A DNA stretch of 63,977 bases, counting the filler, from Cladosporium halotolerans (lineage: Eukaryota), in the NCBI RefSeq assembly GCF_011745625.1. It is 7 parts of 7 records of this genome, joined end to end, with 100 filler letters (N's around TTAATTAATTAA, not from the genome) between each part and the next. Parts side by side here need not be neighbours in the genome. Positions count along the whole stretch, not along the records: positions 9,543 to 18,858 come from NW_027191607.1; positions 18,959 to 28,263 come from NW_027191608.1; 5 more parts are not named here. One strand, 5' to 3'. The notes beneath the pieces are model-generated. The model did no database searches. It had not been told where the DNA came from and saw only the letters and a list, made by a program, of their open reading frames with translations. A program made the translations under genes and the position numbers. Each line of letters begins with the position of its first letter. Positions within the stretch are counted from its first letter, which is position 1. Of the stretch, positions 11,510 through 22,091 are shown in pieces.

Positions 11510-12172
11510 ATGGCGAATCAAGAAATTGCCATCTTTGCTCGGTTCAATGTTCAACCGCCGCTTCATATGTGCTATCGCGTCGTCGCTACGGATGGTTCTA
11601 ATCCCAATCACATTGGCTTACAGGCTCGTGCCCAGTGGGCATATCCGACAATCGGCAGTGTCAGAAAGCACCTATGGTGGGAGCCCTTCCAGTCGCCATG
11701 GATCTCTCTGTTCTCCTCATGGGCCTCCGCGCTCCGCCGCGCAAAGCACTTCGCTTGCGAGTGCAGGGCGACTCGTGTCTATATCATGGCAATTGACATG
11801 GAGCCCATTGAGACGGACTGCATTGATGCATATCAATTTGCGCTGGCTTACCGTCTTGACAATCCTTGGCTATACCGAGAAGAGATATTGTGTTTCAACA
11901 CGATCCCCGAATCGTGTCTACTAGCAGAGATCCCCGCGGAGAAACCTGTTGCTCGGACTGCCCTCCGTCCCAGGCTGAAGGTTCCTGAAGATCTCCTGAC
12001 AGAAGCCATATCGACCTATTCAAGGAGACTCTCACCTCTAGTAGAAGAGGCTGATCACATTGTCCGGGACTGCGAAGCCGTGCGTTGCTGGTTCTTCGAC
12101 TCAATCTGGTCCAGAAGCATCTCCGAGCCCCAAGCGAAGATGAGTCGGATCATGCAGAGCTTCAACACCTGA
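11510..12172 (+). CDS. ADP-ribosyltransferase-fold-like protein (220 aa)
   Basis: Motif order CYRV..KHLWW..SPWISLFSSWASA..VYIMAID..YREEILCFNTIP fits the R-S-E (enterotoxin/pierisin-like) ART pattern seen in uncharacterised fungal proteins. Intact ORF. Confidence 0.65.
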   Translation: MANQEIAIFARFNVQPPLHMCYRVVATDGSNPNHIGLQARAQWAYPTIGSVRKHLWWEPFQSPWISLFSSWASALRRAKHFACECRATRVYIMAIDMEPIETDCIDAYQFALAYRLDNPWLYREEILCFNTIPESCLLAEIPAEKPVARTALRPRLKVPEDLLTEAISTYSRRLSPLVEEADHIVRDCEAVRCWFFDSIWSRSISEPQAKMSRIMQSFNT

Positions 12173-12212
12173 AACACTCTAGATTTCGTCGAACGAGTCC
12201 AATATCTGCATT

Positions 12213-13352
12213 TCAGTTGAACATTCTTTGCCTCTTTCGTCCACGATCCTCGTATGCTTCATAATCGTGCCCAATCCTATTAGCTTTGGAGAAGCGAGAG
12301 CCAAGTCCTCCCACAGCAGAATCAGCACCACCCGAGATCGATCGATCACTGGATGACAGCGAACACTCTTCGAACCCTTCCTGTCGCTCGAGGTCGTCAA
12401 TGTTGGCCTGACTTCTTGATCTTTTGGTCGGGCTGGCGCTGCGATTGCGACCCTGGCTTTCCGTGAAGAGCCAACACTCTGGGCCGACGTATTTTCGGTC
12501 CTCAATCGTACCGTCAAGACGGCAAACGAGTAGGGCCCGCTCGCGCCCAGCACGAAGGAATGTATGCAGCCTTGGGAAAATGTCCCAAGCAAAGCGAGCA
12601 AATAGATACTGTGCTGGACGCTCAGCCAGAGGCTGTAGCTCTATCCCATGCCAATATTGATGCAGCTCTTCCCCATCGTTCAAGACTTGTGTGCACCATG
12701 ATGCGCCACTTGTTGATGGATCCTTTTTCCGTGGCACGATAGAGAATTCGGACTTATCCCAGAGGTAATGTGCATCAGACCTTAGCCGTAGGATGTTCGG
12801 GAGTGTGTCGGCAACGGTGTCTCCGCTGCGCGTTGACAGCATCCCATATTGCTCCATCTCATTGCTTGCGAACCAAGGCTTCTCCTCCTTCGATATCACA
12901 TGAGCATCTTGGGTAGCAAGAGATCTTTCTGTAATGCGGCAGCTTTCAATAGCGACAGCTTCGATCGAAGAACCTCGTTCCGCGGTGAGTTGCTTGTCCT
13001 TTACCGAGGCTTCGTGCCAAAGGTCCGGTAGGACACCATGAAGGAATTGCCAGCTGCGGAAGTTGGGCACTACAGAGTACGTTTCGATAATATCGGCATC
13101 GGCACTAGGGACGTGGAGAAAGTAGTCGCCAGCAAGCAGAAGTCCATTAGCATCAGCGGCCGCTCTGGGCGCGCCCAAGCGCTCGGGGGAAAGCCAGTGG
13201 TCAGTCCTGTTATTGAGGATCACAGAGCATGCTGCCCATACGGTAGCGAAGTGTATATGGTCACGATCGCGACCATCACTTGCTGCAATTGTAAACAGGA
13301 TGTTGGGAGTTGGATATCCAGGGTGTCGTAAGCGAAACGGTCGCGTCGACAT
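12213..13352 (-). CDS. Fungal HNH endonuclease domain protein
   Basis: CRITE..DAHVI..WFASNEM..NILRLRSDAHYLWD..FSIVP is the fungal HNH pattern. N-terminus FRLRHPGY..YSVVPNFRSW. The ORF is open to 13505; the likely start is MSTRPF at 13352. Confidence 0.85.
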   Translation of the reverse strand: MSTRPFRLRHPGYPTPNILFTIAASDGRDRDHIHFATVWAACSVILNNRTDHWLSPERLGAPRAAADANGLLLAGDYFLHVPSADADIIETYSVVPNFRSWQFLHGVLPDLWHEASVKDKQLTAERGSSIEAVAIESCRITERSLATQDAHVISKEEKPWFASNEMEQYGMLSTRSGDTVADTLPNILRLRSDAHYLWDKSEFSIVPRKKDPSTSGASWCTQVLNDGEELHQYWHGIELQPLAERPAQYLFARFAWDIFPRLHTFLRAGRERALLVCRLDGTIEDRKYVGPECWLFTESQGRNRSASPTKRSRSQANIDDLERQEGFEECSLSSSDRSISGGADSAVGGLGSRFSKANRIGHDYEAYEDRGRKRQRMFN

Positions 13353-13429
13353 TGCTGTTGATGCTTGGAGTGTGGAAACAAGAATTGGGTCTCCGCACGC
13401 GTTCGTGGCAGGCATGGGTCGAGCCGTGC

Positions 13430-13978
13430 CCGACAGCCGTGGGGTGCCTAACGTGATGCGATCGCGGAGACGGATAGTGAGCGGCCCGTAACGTGAGCAT
13501 GCCACTTATCAGCTGGCCTCATAAGCAGTCTGCTTGTTATGCCGCCAGTAACTACTCGGCGTTTGATGATATCATCGCCGCAACCTTGCCCTGCAGTTTT
13601 AGATCAGCCCACTTTGCACCCCTGCAACCTTGTCTCATACAGCATATATGAACGTAAAATATAGATCGTTATGCAGGCTTCACACCAGAGGATAGTATAG
13701 AGTATGTTTCAGATCATTCGTAGCTACTTGTGACGTGTCAGGACTACTTTCCCAAAGAGCGCGGAGAATCCATCGTAGTGCCACGACCTTTCGACCTGCC
13801 ATGATCCCTTTTTGCCGCGAGCTACGAGGCTGCAAAACATATGTGAGAGGCCCGTAGCGCTGGTAAAGTACTCAGAAGAAAGGTTTATAGTAGAGAGCGA
13901 GGCGCGAGAAGTTATGGCTGATGTTATGTAGGGGACCTTCGGTACGGCAATGTTTTCGCAACACCCGGATAGAGGTTA
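13430..13978 (-). repeat. Right arm of long imperfect inverted repeat
   Basis: Reverse complement aligns to 10627-~11180. Confidence 0.9.
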
Positions 13979-14563
13979 ACTATAGCACGGAGCTCCTTGG
14001 TGTACAGCAACCCAAGAATGCCTCTGTATTCTTACAGTATGTGCAACTCATTGTTCATAGTGACTGCTTGGAATCAAAAATCACGTAACCGCTACTTCCC
14101 TACTTCATTGCTTCTATAATCCTCTTCAATACGACTTCTCAGTCAGCTGAATTCACCTCACGTGACAATAGCCATTCAGGAGACTCAGTCCTAACAACGA
14201 TCTGGTCCTCATCCCAACCCCAGAACAGACGGAGAGCCCTGAGCCCGACCTTATCTGCGCCGGGGGCTTCTTAACCGAATTTGCAGAAAGGGCCACCGAA
14301 AGGATCGGAGTAGTCGAAGTGAAATCTCATTCTTTGATAACCTATGCCGCATCATCCGTCCTCCTGGAGGCGCGAACCCGGCGAAAATGTCTCAAGCGAA
14401 TGGAGGCTATGATTTGCAGCGGCCAAGAGCTGGGTCTTCAAGGGTATAAACGTGTCGCATTCCACTACCGATGTAACCTGGCTTTGATCTCGTTCATTTA
14501 ACAACCTCATCACTGGGGAAATTGGCCGGAACTTTTGATACCATTTCGACCATTCCTCAGCCA

Positions 14564-15932
14564 ATGCAAGTCATTGCTAACCCCAAACTCAAAGCACTTC
14601 TCGCTGTGCTTATCACTTTATGCATTGTTCAAAGCGGCATCTTCTCGTACACGTATCATTTGTTCGGCAATATTGAGACGTTGCGGCCGGGTGCTCGTGA
14701 GACCTCGAAAACATTCACAGAAGCCGACACTACGACAGAATGGCGCTACGATGTAGACAGCCATTCCGAAAACATTGCACTTAATTCAAGACAATGTGAC
14801 TTGGCCTTTCCAAATCTCTGGCGTGAGATCGATAGAGCACATGATTTCTGGGCCAATCAACTCCAACGCCGAATAACGATCAATGACACCTCCCTCAACC
14901 ACTGGGGAAGCGGTGTCTCCCGTTGCTTGATCCACAATAACCGACTTCGTATCCTACAAACCAAAGGCATCTTCGGAATCGAAGGCTCGCAAATGCCAGA
15001 ACGAGCCATGGCCGTATGGCAGCAGATTTACCGCGCCCTACTTGGTGCCACTGCGGCGGGAGAAAATCTCCCGACCATCGAATTCTTACTCAGTGTTGAC
15101 GACAAGCCCGACACTTTTAGCAGCGAGACCACAGACATATTTGCGCTCTGGGCCTTCTCGCGAAGGCCTAGTGATCCTTCTCACGATGGTGTATTTCTAA
15201 TACCCGACTTCAACCACTGGTCTTGGAAAGAAGTGGCTGGTTCGTTCGCAGATATGCGGTTGTACGGCAAAGAAGCGAACGAGGTCATCCAAGAAAAGAT
15301 TCCCAAATTGGTGTGGCGAGGTGCCATTTGGACAAACCCTGAAGTGAAAGGTAACCTTGTGGAAGCGGTGCGAGAAAAATCTTGGGCTGATGCGTCCGAT
15401 TTTGACTGGTCAACACGTTCGGGTTTCATATCTACGGAAGATTCCTGCTCTTACGGCTTTTCTCGTACACACCGAAGGCCGCTCGTGGTCCGGACGCTTA
15501 AAGTACCTGTTGAATTGCAGGAGCGTGACTTTTATCCATGAGCTCGAGTGGACGACATACTACTACCATCTCTTGAATCCTGATGGACCTGACCAGAACT
15601 TTGTACCTGTGAAACGAGACTTCTCCGACATCGAAACGAAGATACGCTATCTGTTTGGAGACAGAGAGATAGCTCAGCGCATCGCGGACAACGCGGTAGC
15701 GATTTTTCGTGATCGATACCTCACCCTTGCCGCTGAGGCATGCTATTGGCGCCGACTGGTTCAAAAATGGAATGAGGTGGCCGTCAGCCCCAACCTGTAC
15801 GAGTATGCCAGAGTGAATCTGAGCGGCAATTTAAAAGTCAAGAAGAGATTGAGAGGCATTGCTTTCGAGGAATTGGTGGTGTCTCAGGGTCGAGAAGACT
15901 GGCCCCCAGAATATGCAAAATCAAATGAATAG
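14564..15932 (+). CDS. Glycosyltransferase family 90 (CAP10-like) with a single +1 frameshift
   Basis: N-terminal TM anchor; QCDLAFPNLWREIDRA; FLIPDFNHWSW; KIPKLVWRG. One extra T in the run 15458-15461 breaks YGFLVHTEGRSWSGRLKYL. Downstream FRDRYLTLAAEACYWRRL. Confidence 0.85.
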
Positions 15933-16430
15933 GTTTTCGGCGCTGTGAACGATCGGCGAGCACATGATACATAAGTGTTCCATCACGGCGACAACGACGC
16001 GCCTTTTCGAACATCGATCAAAAGTCCCGGTATATATCAATTCTAGTGGAGTGCCTTTCCTACCTCTTATCCAAGGATTCGGAGCAACGTGTCACTTGGA
16101 GAACTGTTCAAACGTGATCCTACCTAGCACGACGCTGGCGTGTCGCAGAAATGGGAACGCTCATTTGCTCGTCGCCGCACTACATAATACGCGGCAATCG
16201 TTTGATTTCAATGACCTCACAGGATGGAGACGGGACTCTGATAAGCGCAAAAGGATTGGCAATACGTCTTGATTCGGGATTCTCGCAGCATGCGATAGTT
16301 AGAGTACCCGTGCTCCAAGTTCCGAACACGGATATTGATCAGACTGCAATTTCCCACGAATGATAAAGTTATGTCTCTTTGTCACCTTCAACCTATTCGT
16401 GTTACACATACGCACGACAGCAACGCATCG

Positions 16431-16835
16431 ATGTTTTCAGCTCTTGATGCTATAAGTACGAACCCTCCACGTCCGAGATCAGCCCCACCCCGAATGGAAC
16501 GCAGCGAGCATGTTGGCAACGTATCGAATGCCAGTGGAAAAACGAACCCGTTGTTATCCTTGATTCAACACCGAAACGGACAGGTTCGTAGGGACTGTAC
16601 CACTTTGCAGAGAGTCTACAAACGGCCGCGCCAAAGAGTGCGGTGGACGTGCGAACGGTGCAGGGCGAACCTAGTACGAAATCAAATTTGTCCCGAATGC
16701 AAACATGAGAGGTGTACTAAATGCTTACGCGATCCGTAAGTCATCTTGAACCGCTGAACAACAAAGGACTCTGCGCTGAATGTCATCTGTAATTAGGCCG
16801 ATGAGGACAAAGGAGTCTGCCAAAACCTCTCATTG
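16431..16835 (+). CDS. Small Cys-rich zinc-finger-like protein
   Basis: RVYKRPRQRVRWTCERC..CPECKHERCTKCLRDP followed by a GTAAGT..TAG intron (about 16736-16796). Start uncertain. Confidence 0.5.
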
Positions 16836-18187
16836 AGAGGCGCTTTGTCATTGAATCCTTTGGCTGGACATGGCATTTCCAAAGCCTACCCAGGTCGATA
16901 TGTCTCCTTGATCCAGCCACACGTGCAGACATAGCGGTGAACGGCAGAATGTGGATCAAAAAAGGGCATACGAAGAATTCAATAATCTGGGAGCTTGAAA
17001 AAGCAGAAATTCTATACACAGTTGCCGATACAGTACAAAAATGTTTCTCTGCTTGAAAGATGTCGGGCTTTGGCAGCTTGATAGTCACAGATCCAGTTTA
17101 CCGAATCAGCAAAGAGTTACGTGCCATACTCTGCTCCAAACTCCAGCATGAGTGATCGATAAAGGCGCCAGCAGAGGCTGCTATCGTTCTATGTGTATTT
17201 GGAGCTTGAACGTCACTGTTACGCGAGCGTGGCAAACCTTTCGAAATTGTCTAGAGCAAGCTATGTTGTCGAATAATCGGCCACTGCTTCGCGGCAACAA
17301 GCTTGAGTGTTTTTGCTTCAAATAAAGATGCAACTGCGCCCATGGCCGAAGCTTTCGTAGAGAGCGACGACGGTGTTTGGTCGATTCGTCCTCCTTATTC
17401 TTCATGATGACACTTCTCAGGACAAGACACACCCAGGGAAAGTGTGAGGCAAGATTAAGACAAGACACAGCGGTTGTGACTACAACGCCAAGCTCGTTCA
17501 ACGATTGAATCGTCTCGAAGTCAGATGTCAACTTGAGGAAGCTGGTAAACGCAGTCAAAGCACACGCCTTGCGCCGGTCGATATTGGTTCCAGCTGGGGG
17601 ATCCGCCGAGTTGCTAGGCAGATAGACTGCCGCACGGCACGTTCCAGTGGAGATGTTCGCGAGGAACAGGGGAGCGGAATCAAGGGAAACAAATTGTGGG
17701 GTGTGGGAAGCCAGATGGTGGTGCTTTCGATGCGCTTGGCTTTCGGCCACAGCCGCTGCGGTAGTGTCGCACGGATGCCCATCTCTGCGCCGGAGAATCC
17801 GGCTCTTGCTCCGTGCGCGCTCAGGTCAAAGGCCGCTGGGTCATGCTGGACAGATCGTCGAGGCAATGCACTGTCGCAGGCGATTCTATCACCGCTGTCC
17901 ACATAGGTCTCGGTGATGCTTGCGTGATACAGTGCAAGTTGAGGAGAATGCAAGTTGCGGCGAGGCCGACGGCCGTTTCGACACGCAAACCGCGCGATCG
18001 AGCTCGGAGGCGCGGGGCTCTGGAAACGAAAAGGCGCGGGATGGGAGATGCTGTCGGAAGCCTGCATTGCAAGCTGTGCCGAGTGAAATTTTATCCAGAC
18101 CTCGGTTCGCTGGGGTGAGCGTGAAATGTTGAATGGACCTGTGTTTCTTTTCCTGCTTTCATTTGGGTTAAAGACCGCTCGGGGAGC

Positions 18188-18760
18188 TCACGGAATGTTC
18201 AGTAGGTTGGTGGTGCTGCTGCACATCGGCTGCAACCGTGTCCTCTTGCTCTGAACTTCTCCCTGGCTGACGTGGGCACGAATCCGCTTCCGGCCCTGCC
18301 CTCGACACACGTCGCAAAACTGCTCGCCTGCACGGCAATTGGTCCGCGTGACATCGCCATCCATATCGGCGTCTAACACCGCCCTTCGACAACGCCTGCC
18401 CTCCAAATATTCGATCATCTCGGGCTCTTCCTGCCCCGTCCTGACCCTGTATGATTGCCCTTGCTGATTCTTCTTCTCCGCCTGCAACACGATGCTCTCG
18501 CTCGCGGTGACGCCGTCGCGCCCGGCTCGGCCACTTTGCTGTCCGAAATCGTCCAACTTGTCGATGCCGCCGACGTGGATGACAACTCGGATGGTGCTGG
18601 CGTCGATACCTTCCCCCAACGCGCTCGTCGACCAAAACAACCGCTCTTGGCCTGTGGTCAACATTCTTACGATCTCACGTTTCCGCTCGATCTCTCCCAC
18701 GTCGCTGTAAAATACCGCGCCGCCAATCTCGCTGGCGTATGATTGCATGTTTGTGATCTT
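18188..18760 (-). pseudogene. RecQ-like (telomere-linked-type) helicase C-terminal fragment
   Basis: STSALGEGID..VVIHVG..QQSGRAGRDG (SF2 motifs V/VI) and RQC Zn motif RCRR..C..CDVC. The 5' side is replaced by a transposon end at 18761. Confidence 0.8.
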
Positions 18761-18858
18761 CATAGATCTTGAATCTTGATTTTCTCAATCAGATAATCAA
18801 TCAGGTAATCAATCAATCAGGTCCCTGATTGAGCTCGGACCTGAATAATCAGATTCAG
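18761..18858. mobile_element. Transposon terminus (hAT-like) with AATCA(G) subterminal repeats
   Basis: CATAGATCTTGAATCTTGA followed by multiple AATCA motifs. The same 19-mer recurs at 63881. Lies at a contig end. Confidence 0.65.
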
Positions 18859-20439
18859 NNNNNNNNNNNNNNNNNNNNNNNNNNNNNNNNNNNNNNNNNN
18901 NNTTAATTAATTAANNNNNNNNNNNNNNNNNNNNNNNNNNNNNNNNNNNNNNNNNNNNCCCAGAGGAAGAAGCGAGGTGAGCCAGTGTTTCATTCAGCGT
19001 TTCAGGCAGCCAGTATTTCTCGGTCGGGTCCAGTCGAACGCCGGCGCGTGACCATCTAGCCTTCAGGGTCGGACAGCATCTGTAAATTTTAGGCTCTGCC
19101 GGCATGCTGACAGGAACATGAAACCCGCACGTTGGGATCGCTCTCCGACCTCCTGTGCTACCGCCGAAACATGATGCAAAGTCTCTCGATGCTTCCTCTG
19201 ACCCTGCTGGCTTGCAGCGCCGCTGCCGCGATCATATTCCTTACAAGACTGCCTGCTTTTCAAATCGACACACTGGACGTGAACAATCTGTTGCAGCAAC
19301 TCTCGTCTGTGGCCGGCGCTTTCGACCGAGTCCTGAGGCAACTCGGAAATTCTGGCGCCATCACCAGATCACTGCGCTGGCTGGATGTCACTGGCTCTGC
19401 AGCAAAAGAAAACGCGCACGCCCCGAGCTGGTCCGGTTCCTCGCAGAATCTCCAGCACGAAGCTTCCGGCTTGGAGTGGCTTCGGCTCAGGGCGAGACGT
19501 GCGCTCGTCAAGGCGTCCTGGACTCTTCTCCGCCGACACCTTCGAACGGTCAGATTGCCGCGCTTAAACCGAGCTCTGATCGTCAACAAACCGAGATTGT
19601 CGTCTCAAACCACGACAGCCATCGTCGCAGTGAGTCTTTCTCAAACGTGTCGTCTGCAAACGAAGCTGACGTTCTGATCCCACGGGGCTGCGTGGTTGCC
19701 GGGATGCTGGTCGTGACCCTTCCAAGCCTCAGCCTTGCGCTCTCACGTCTTCTTGAGAAGTGAGAGTCAGTCGCCCCAAAGCATCAGGCTGTTCGATTTC
19801 AGGGCCGTCCTCTGAGGTACCAGATGTCGTCCGGGGTCGCGGAAACCCCGTGTGGTAGGAGGCGGTCGCCAGAGTGCACCTTGTATCCTTTCATTCCCAT
19901 AGCTTTCTGCATCAAAATCATCTTTTGCGGTTCTGCAGGCATCTGCCTCCACGGCAAGCTATGCTCCAATTCCATGTGCGCGCGCGCCCTTCTTCCCAGA
20001 TCTGATTTAGGGGATATCCTTGCCGTCCTCGTCTACAACTTCGACATCGCTCGCCGCGCAAGAATTGTTGTCGTTGTTGGCGAAGTCGGAGGTGGTTTCA
20101 AGAGATGCGCCCCGACTCGGAGCTAACGTTGCGATCGCCAGTGGCTGTCGCAGCTGTTCGGGACCACTGGCGGAGATTGCGGCTGGAAGAAGCATGGGGA
20201 GCCAGCGAGGACGGACGTGATGGCATTGTTGCGGCAGAGACTACGGGCGACAGTGATGGCGGCGGTAACATTAATGGAAAGAACGTCGCGTGTGCTGCGG
20301 CAGCGCGTCGGTACTGGCAGGTGGCCGGGTGGTGGCTTGCACGCAACGCGGACCGCTGCGACGGGCTGGTCTGATGGCGCCGCATCAGCCGCTGCTTGAC
20401 GCGCCCATCCGCGGCCAGCTGAGTTGTGGGGCGGATCCT

Positions 20440-20620
20440 GGGCAGGACCGGTTTTGAAGCCCGTGATCACTTCCTACAGCACAGCACTAATCACATTTGT
20501 TCCTGGTGCCCTGCAGATGAGCTGCAGGCGTTCCAAGGGGCACATACTGCTGGGCGGCATGAACTGCTTTCGAATTCCTTGCCATTCTCATCTCCCCATG
20601 TCAAGCAGGGAAGTGTCACG
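20440..20620 (-). pseudogene. Possible degenerate Myb/SANT domain
   Basis: With a GTATGT..TAG intron removed it reads DTSLLDMGR*EWQGIRKQFMPPSRSDHGLQNR. Contains an in-frame TGA. Confidence 0.25.
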
Positions 20621-21455
20621 AAAGACCACGACCTTGACCGGCCGATGAGGCAACGCCCTGCGCGAGATGGATTCGCTTCTGGAAGCCGGCACCAGGTGCA
20701 GTTTCGCGGACAAAGTTGAACGGACTCCTTCGAGTCACGCAGTAGAAACGTGGGAACGCTGCAGTCACCGTGCGGCTCGTAAAGCATCTGAGAGATGGCA
20801 ATGGTGCCTTGATCATCGCCGGACAGCAGGGACGCCTTGAAATTCAGACTGCTCTCCCGAAGCTCAGCAAAGACGACCCAAAGTGGAAAGACATCAACCT
20901 CCGCCAACTTCTGCCCCAAGCCGCCGATGTAGGGTGTGATGACACGATTAGGCAGTGACTTCACCTTCAACGAGTCGAGTCCAGTGTGCAAGATAGTGAT
21001 GTGAGGACACGGCTCTCAATGTTGCATCCTTCCCTTTCCTTTGCAGCTCTCCCTTTGCAATACTTGTCACCTTACATCATCAGATCAATCTGGAGGCTTC
21101 CGCGTGCAAGCAGAGTCACATGGCGCGTGACAACGCCGCCACTTCAGCTGTCCCCAGCCAGTGAAGAAAGAGCAGACGAGGGGAGGGGCCTCGAAGGGTG
21201 TTGGCTCGGGGGTACCAACGGACGAGAACGTCTCTGCCCGGAAGCCGTGCCGCAAAGTCTTGTTGGACCGACGGCGCTTTTATAACAATGGTTGTTTCTG
21301 AATGGAGGCTACTGTGCTGTACAGCATCACCTTGGCCCTGCTGTTCATATCCAGTCGAATCCGTGCAGCGGGCCCTCACCCTTTTGCTCAATCAAAGTCG
21401 CCCAAAGTCGAAAGATCCCAACTCGCTCCTACCTGAGCTATAAATTTACGGTGCC

Positions 21456-22091
21456 ATGGATGATCTTGATCTCCGCATGGAAGACCTCATGATGGAGGAT
21501 TGCGCTCCAAACAAGTTGCAGTCGCCGATGCGAGAGCACAAGAAGCTTTGGCGGTCGCAGAACCTTACAATGTACATGGATTTGGACGACCCGTCTGATC
21601 TCGAAGGAGACTCGCCGAGGCGGGACACTCGTCTCAAGTCGGGATGCCTCATCCTTTGTTGTGCCCAATGCCTGAGCGCTGTGCTCATCGAGTATAGCAA
21701 CGGAACCATACCTGGCCTGCCGAGGCCGTCGAAGACTTCGCAGAACCATAACGGTGTGGCACTCACGGACTGTAAGAAATGCTTCTGGCGCACACGGAAA
21801 GGATTGGAAGGGCGCGCTCAAGACAATCGAGGGCACTTCCGCATGTCTCGGACGGCATCGATATGCCCCGGCCTGTGGGATACATCAGACTTGATCGGTG
21901 CAGCGAATCTGGTGTTGGGAGAAGCGGTCGGCATCATGCTGGTAGATAGGGTGTGTCTGCACCTGAATTGGGATTGCGTCTCGAGAGGTTTTGCTGGCAG
22001 AGACAGGGTTACGAGTCTGGATGTCTCACAGGTGGCGACCCGCGACGTCAGCAAAATCGTCCTGCCGTATCTCACTGGTAATTGGGTGTGA
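21456..22091 (+). CDS. Hypothetical protein (211 aa)
   Basis: ATG-initiated ORF in a good context (GCCATGG) with CxxC pairs. No recognisable family. Confidence 0.35.
   Translation: MDDLDLRMEDLMMEDCAPNKLQSPMREHKKLWRSQNLTMYMDLDDPSDLEGDSPRRDTRLKSGCLILCCAQCLSAVLIEYSNGTIPGLPRPSKTSQNHNGVALTDCKKCFWRTRKGLEGRAQDNRGHFRMSRTASICPGLWDTSDLIGAANLVLGEAVGIMLVDRVCLHLNWDCVSRGFAGRDRVTSLDVSQVATRDVSKIVLPYLTGNWV

Larger units (their letters stand above)
10627..13978. mobile_element. Putative non-canonical element: long inverted repeats enclosing convergent ART-like and HNH nuclease genes
   Basis: Ends TAACCTCTATCCGGG... and ...CCCGGATAGAGGTTA. The arms align as reverse complements over ~550 bp. No transposase inside. 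Confidence 0.7.

Noticed and set aside
13353..13505. N-terminal extension of the 430-aa HNH ORF
   Set aside because: Partly overlaps the IR arm, the matching left-arm position reads ATA rather than ATG, and family-like sequence starts at MSTRPF.
10600..14000. 8-10 bp target-site duplication for the IR element
   Set aside because: The flanks (TGATCGATG and ACTATAGCA) do not match. Only a terminal TA is shared, which cannot be distinguished from the IR itself.
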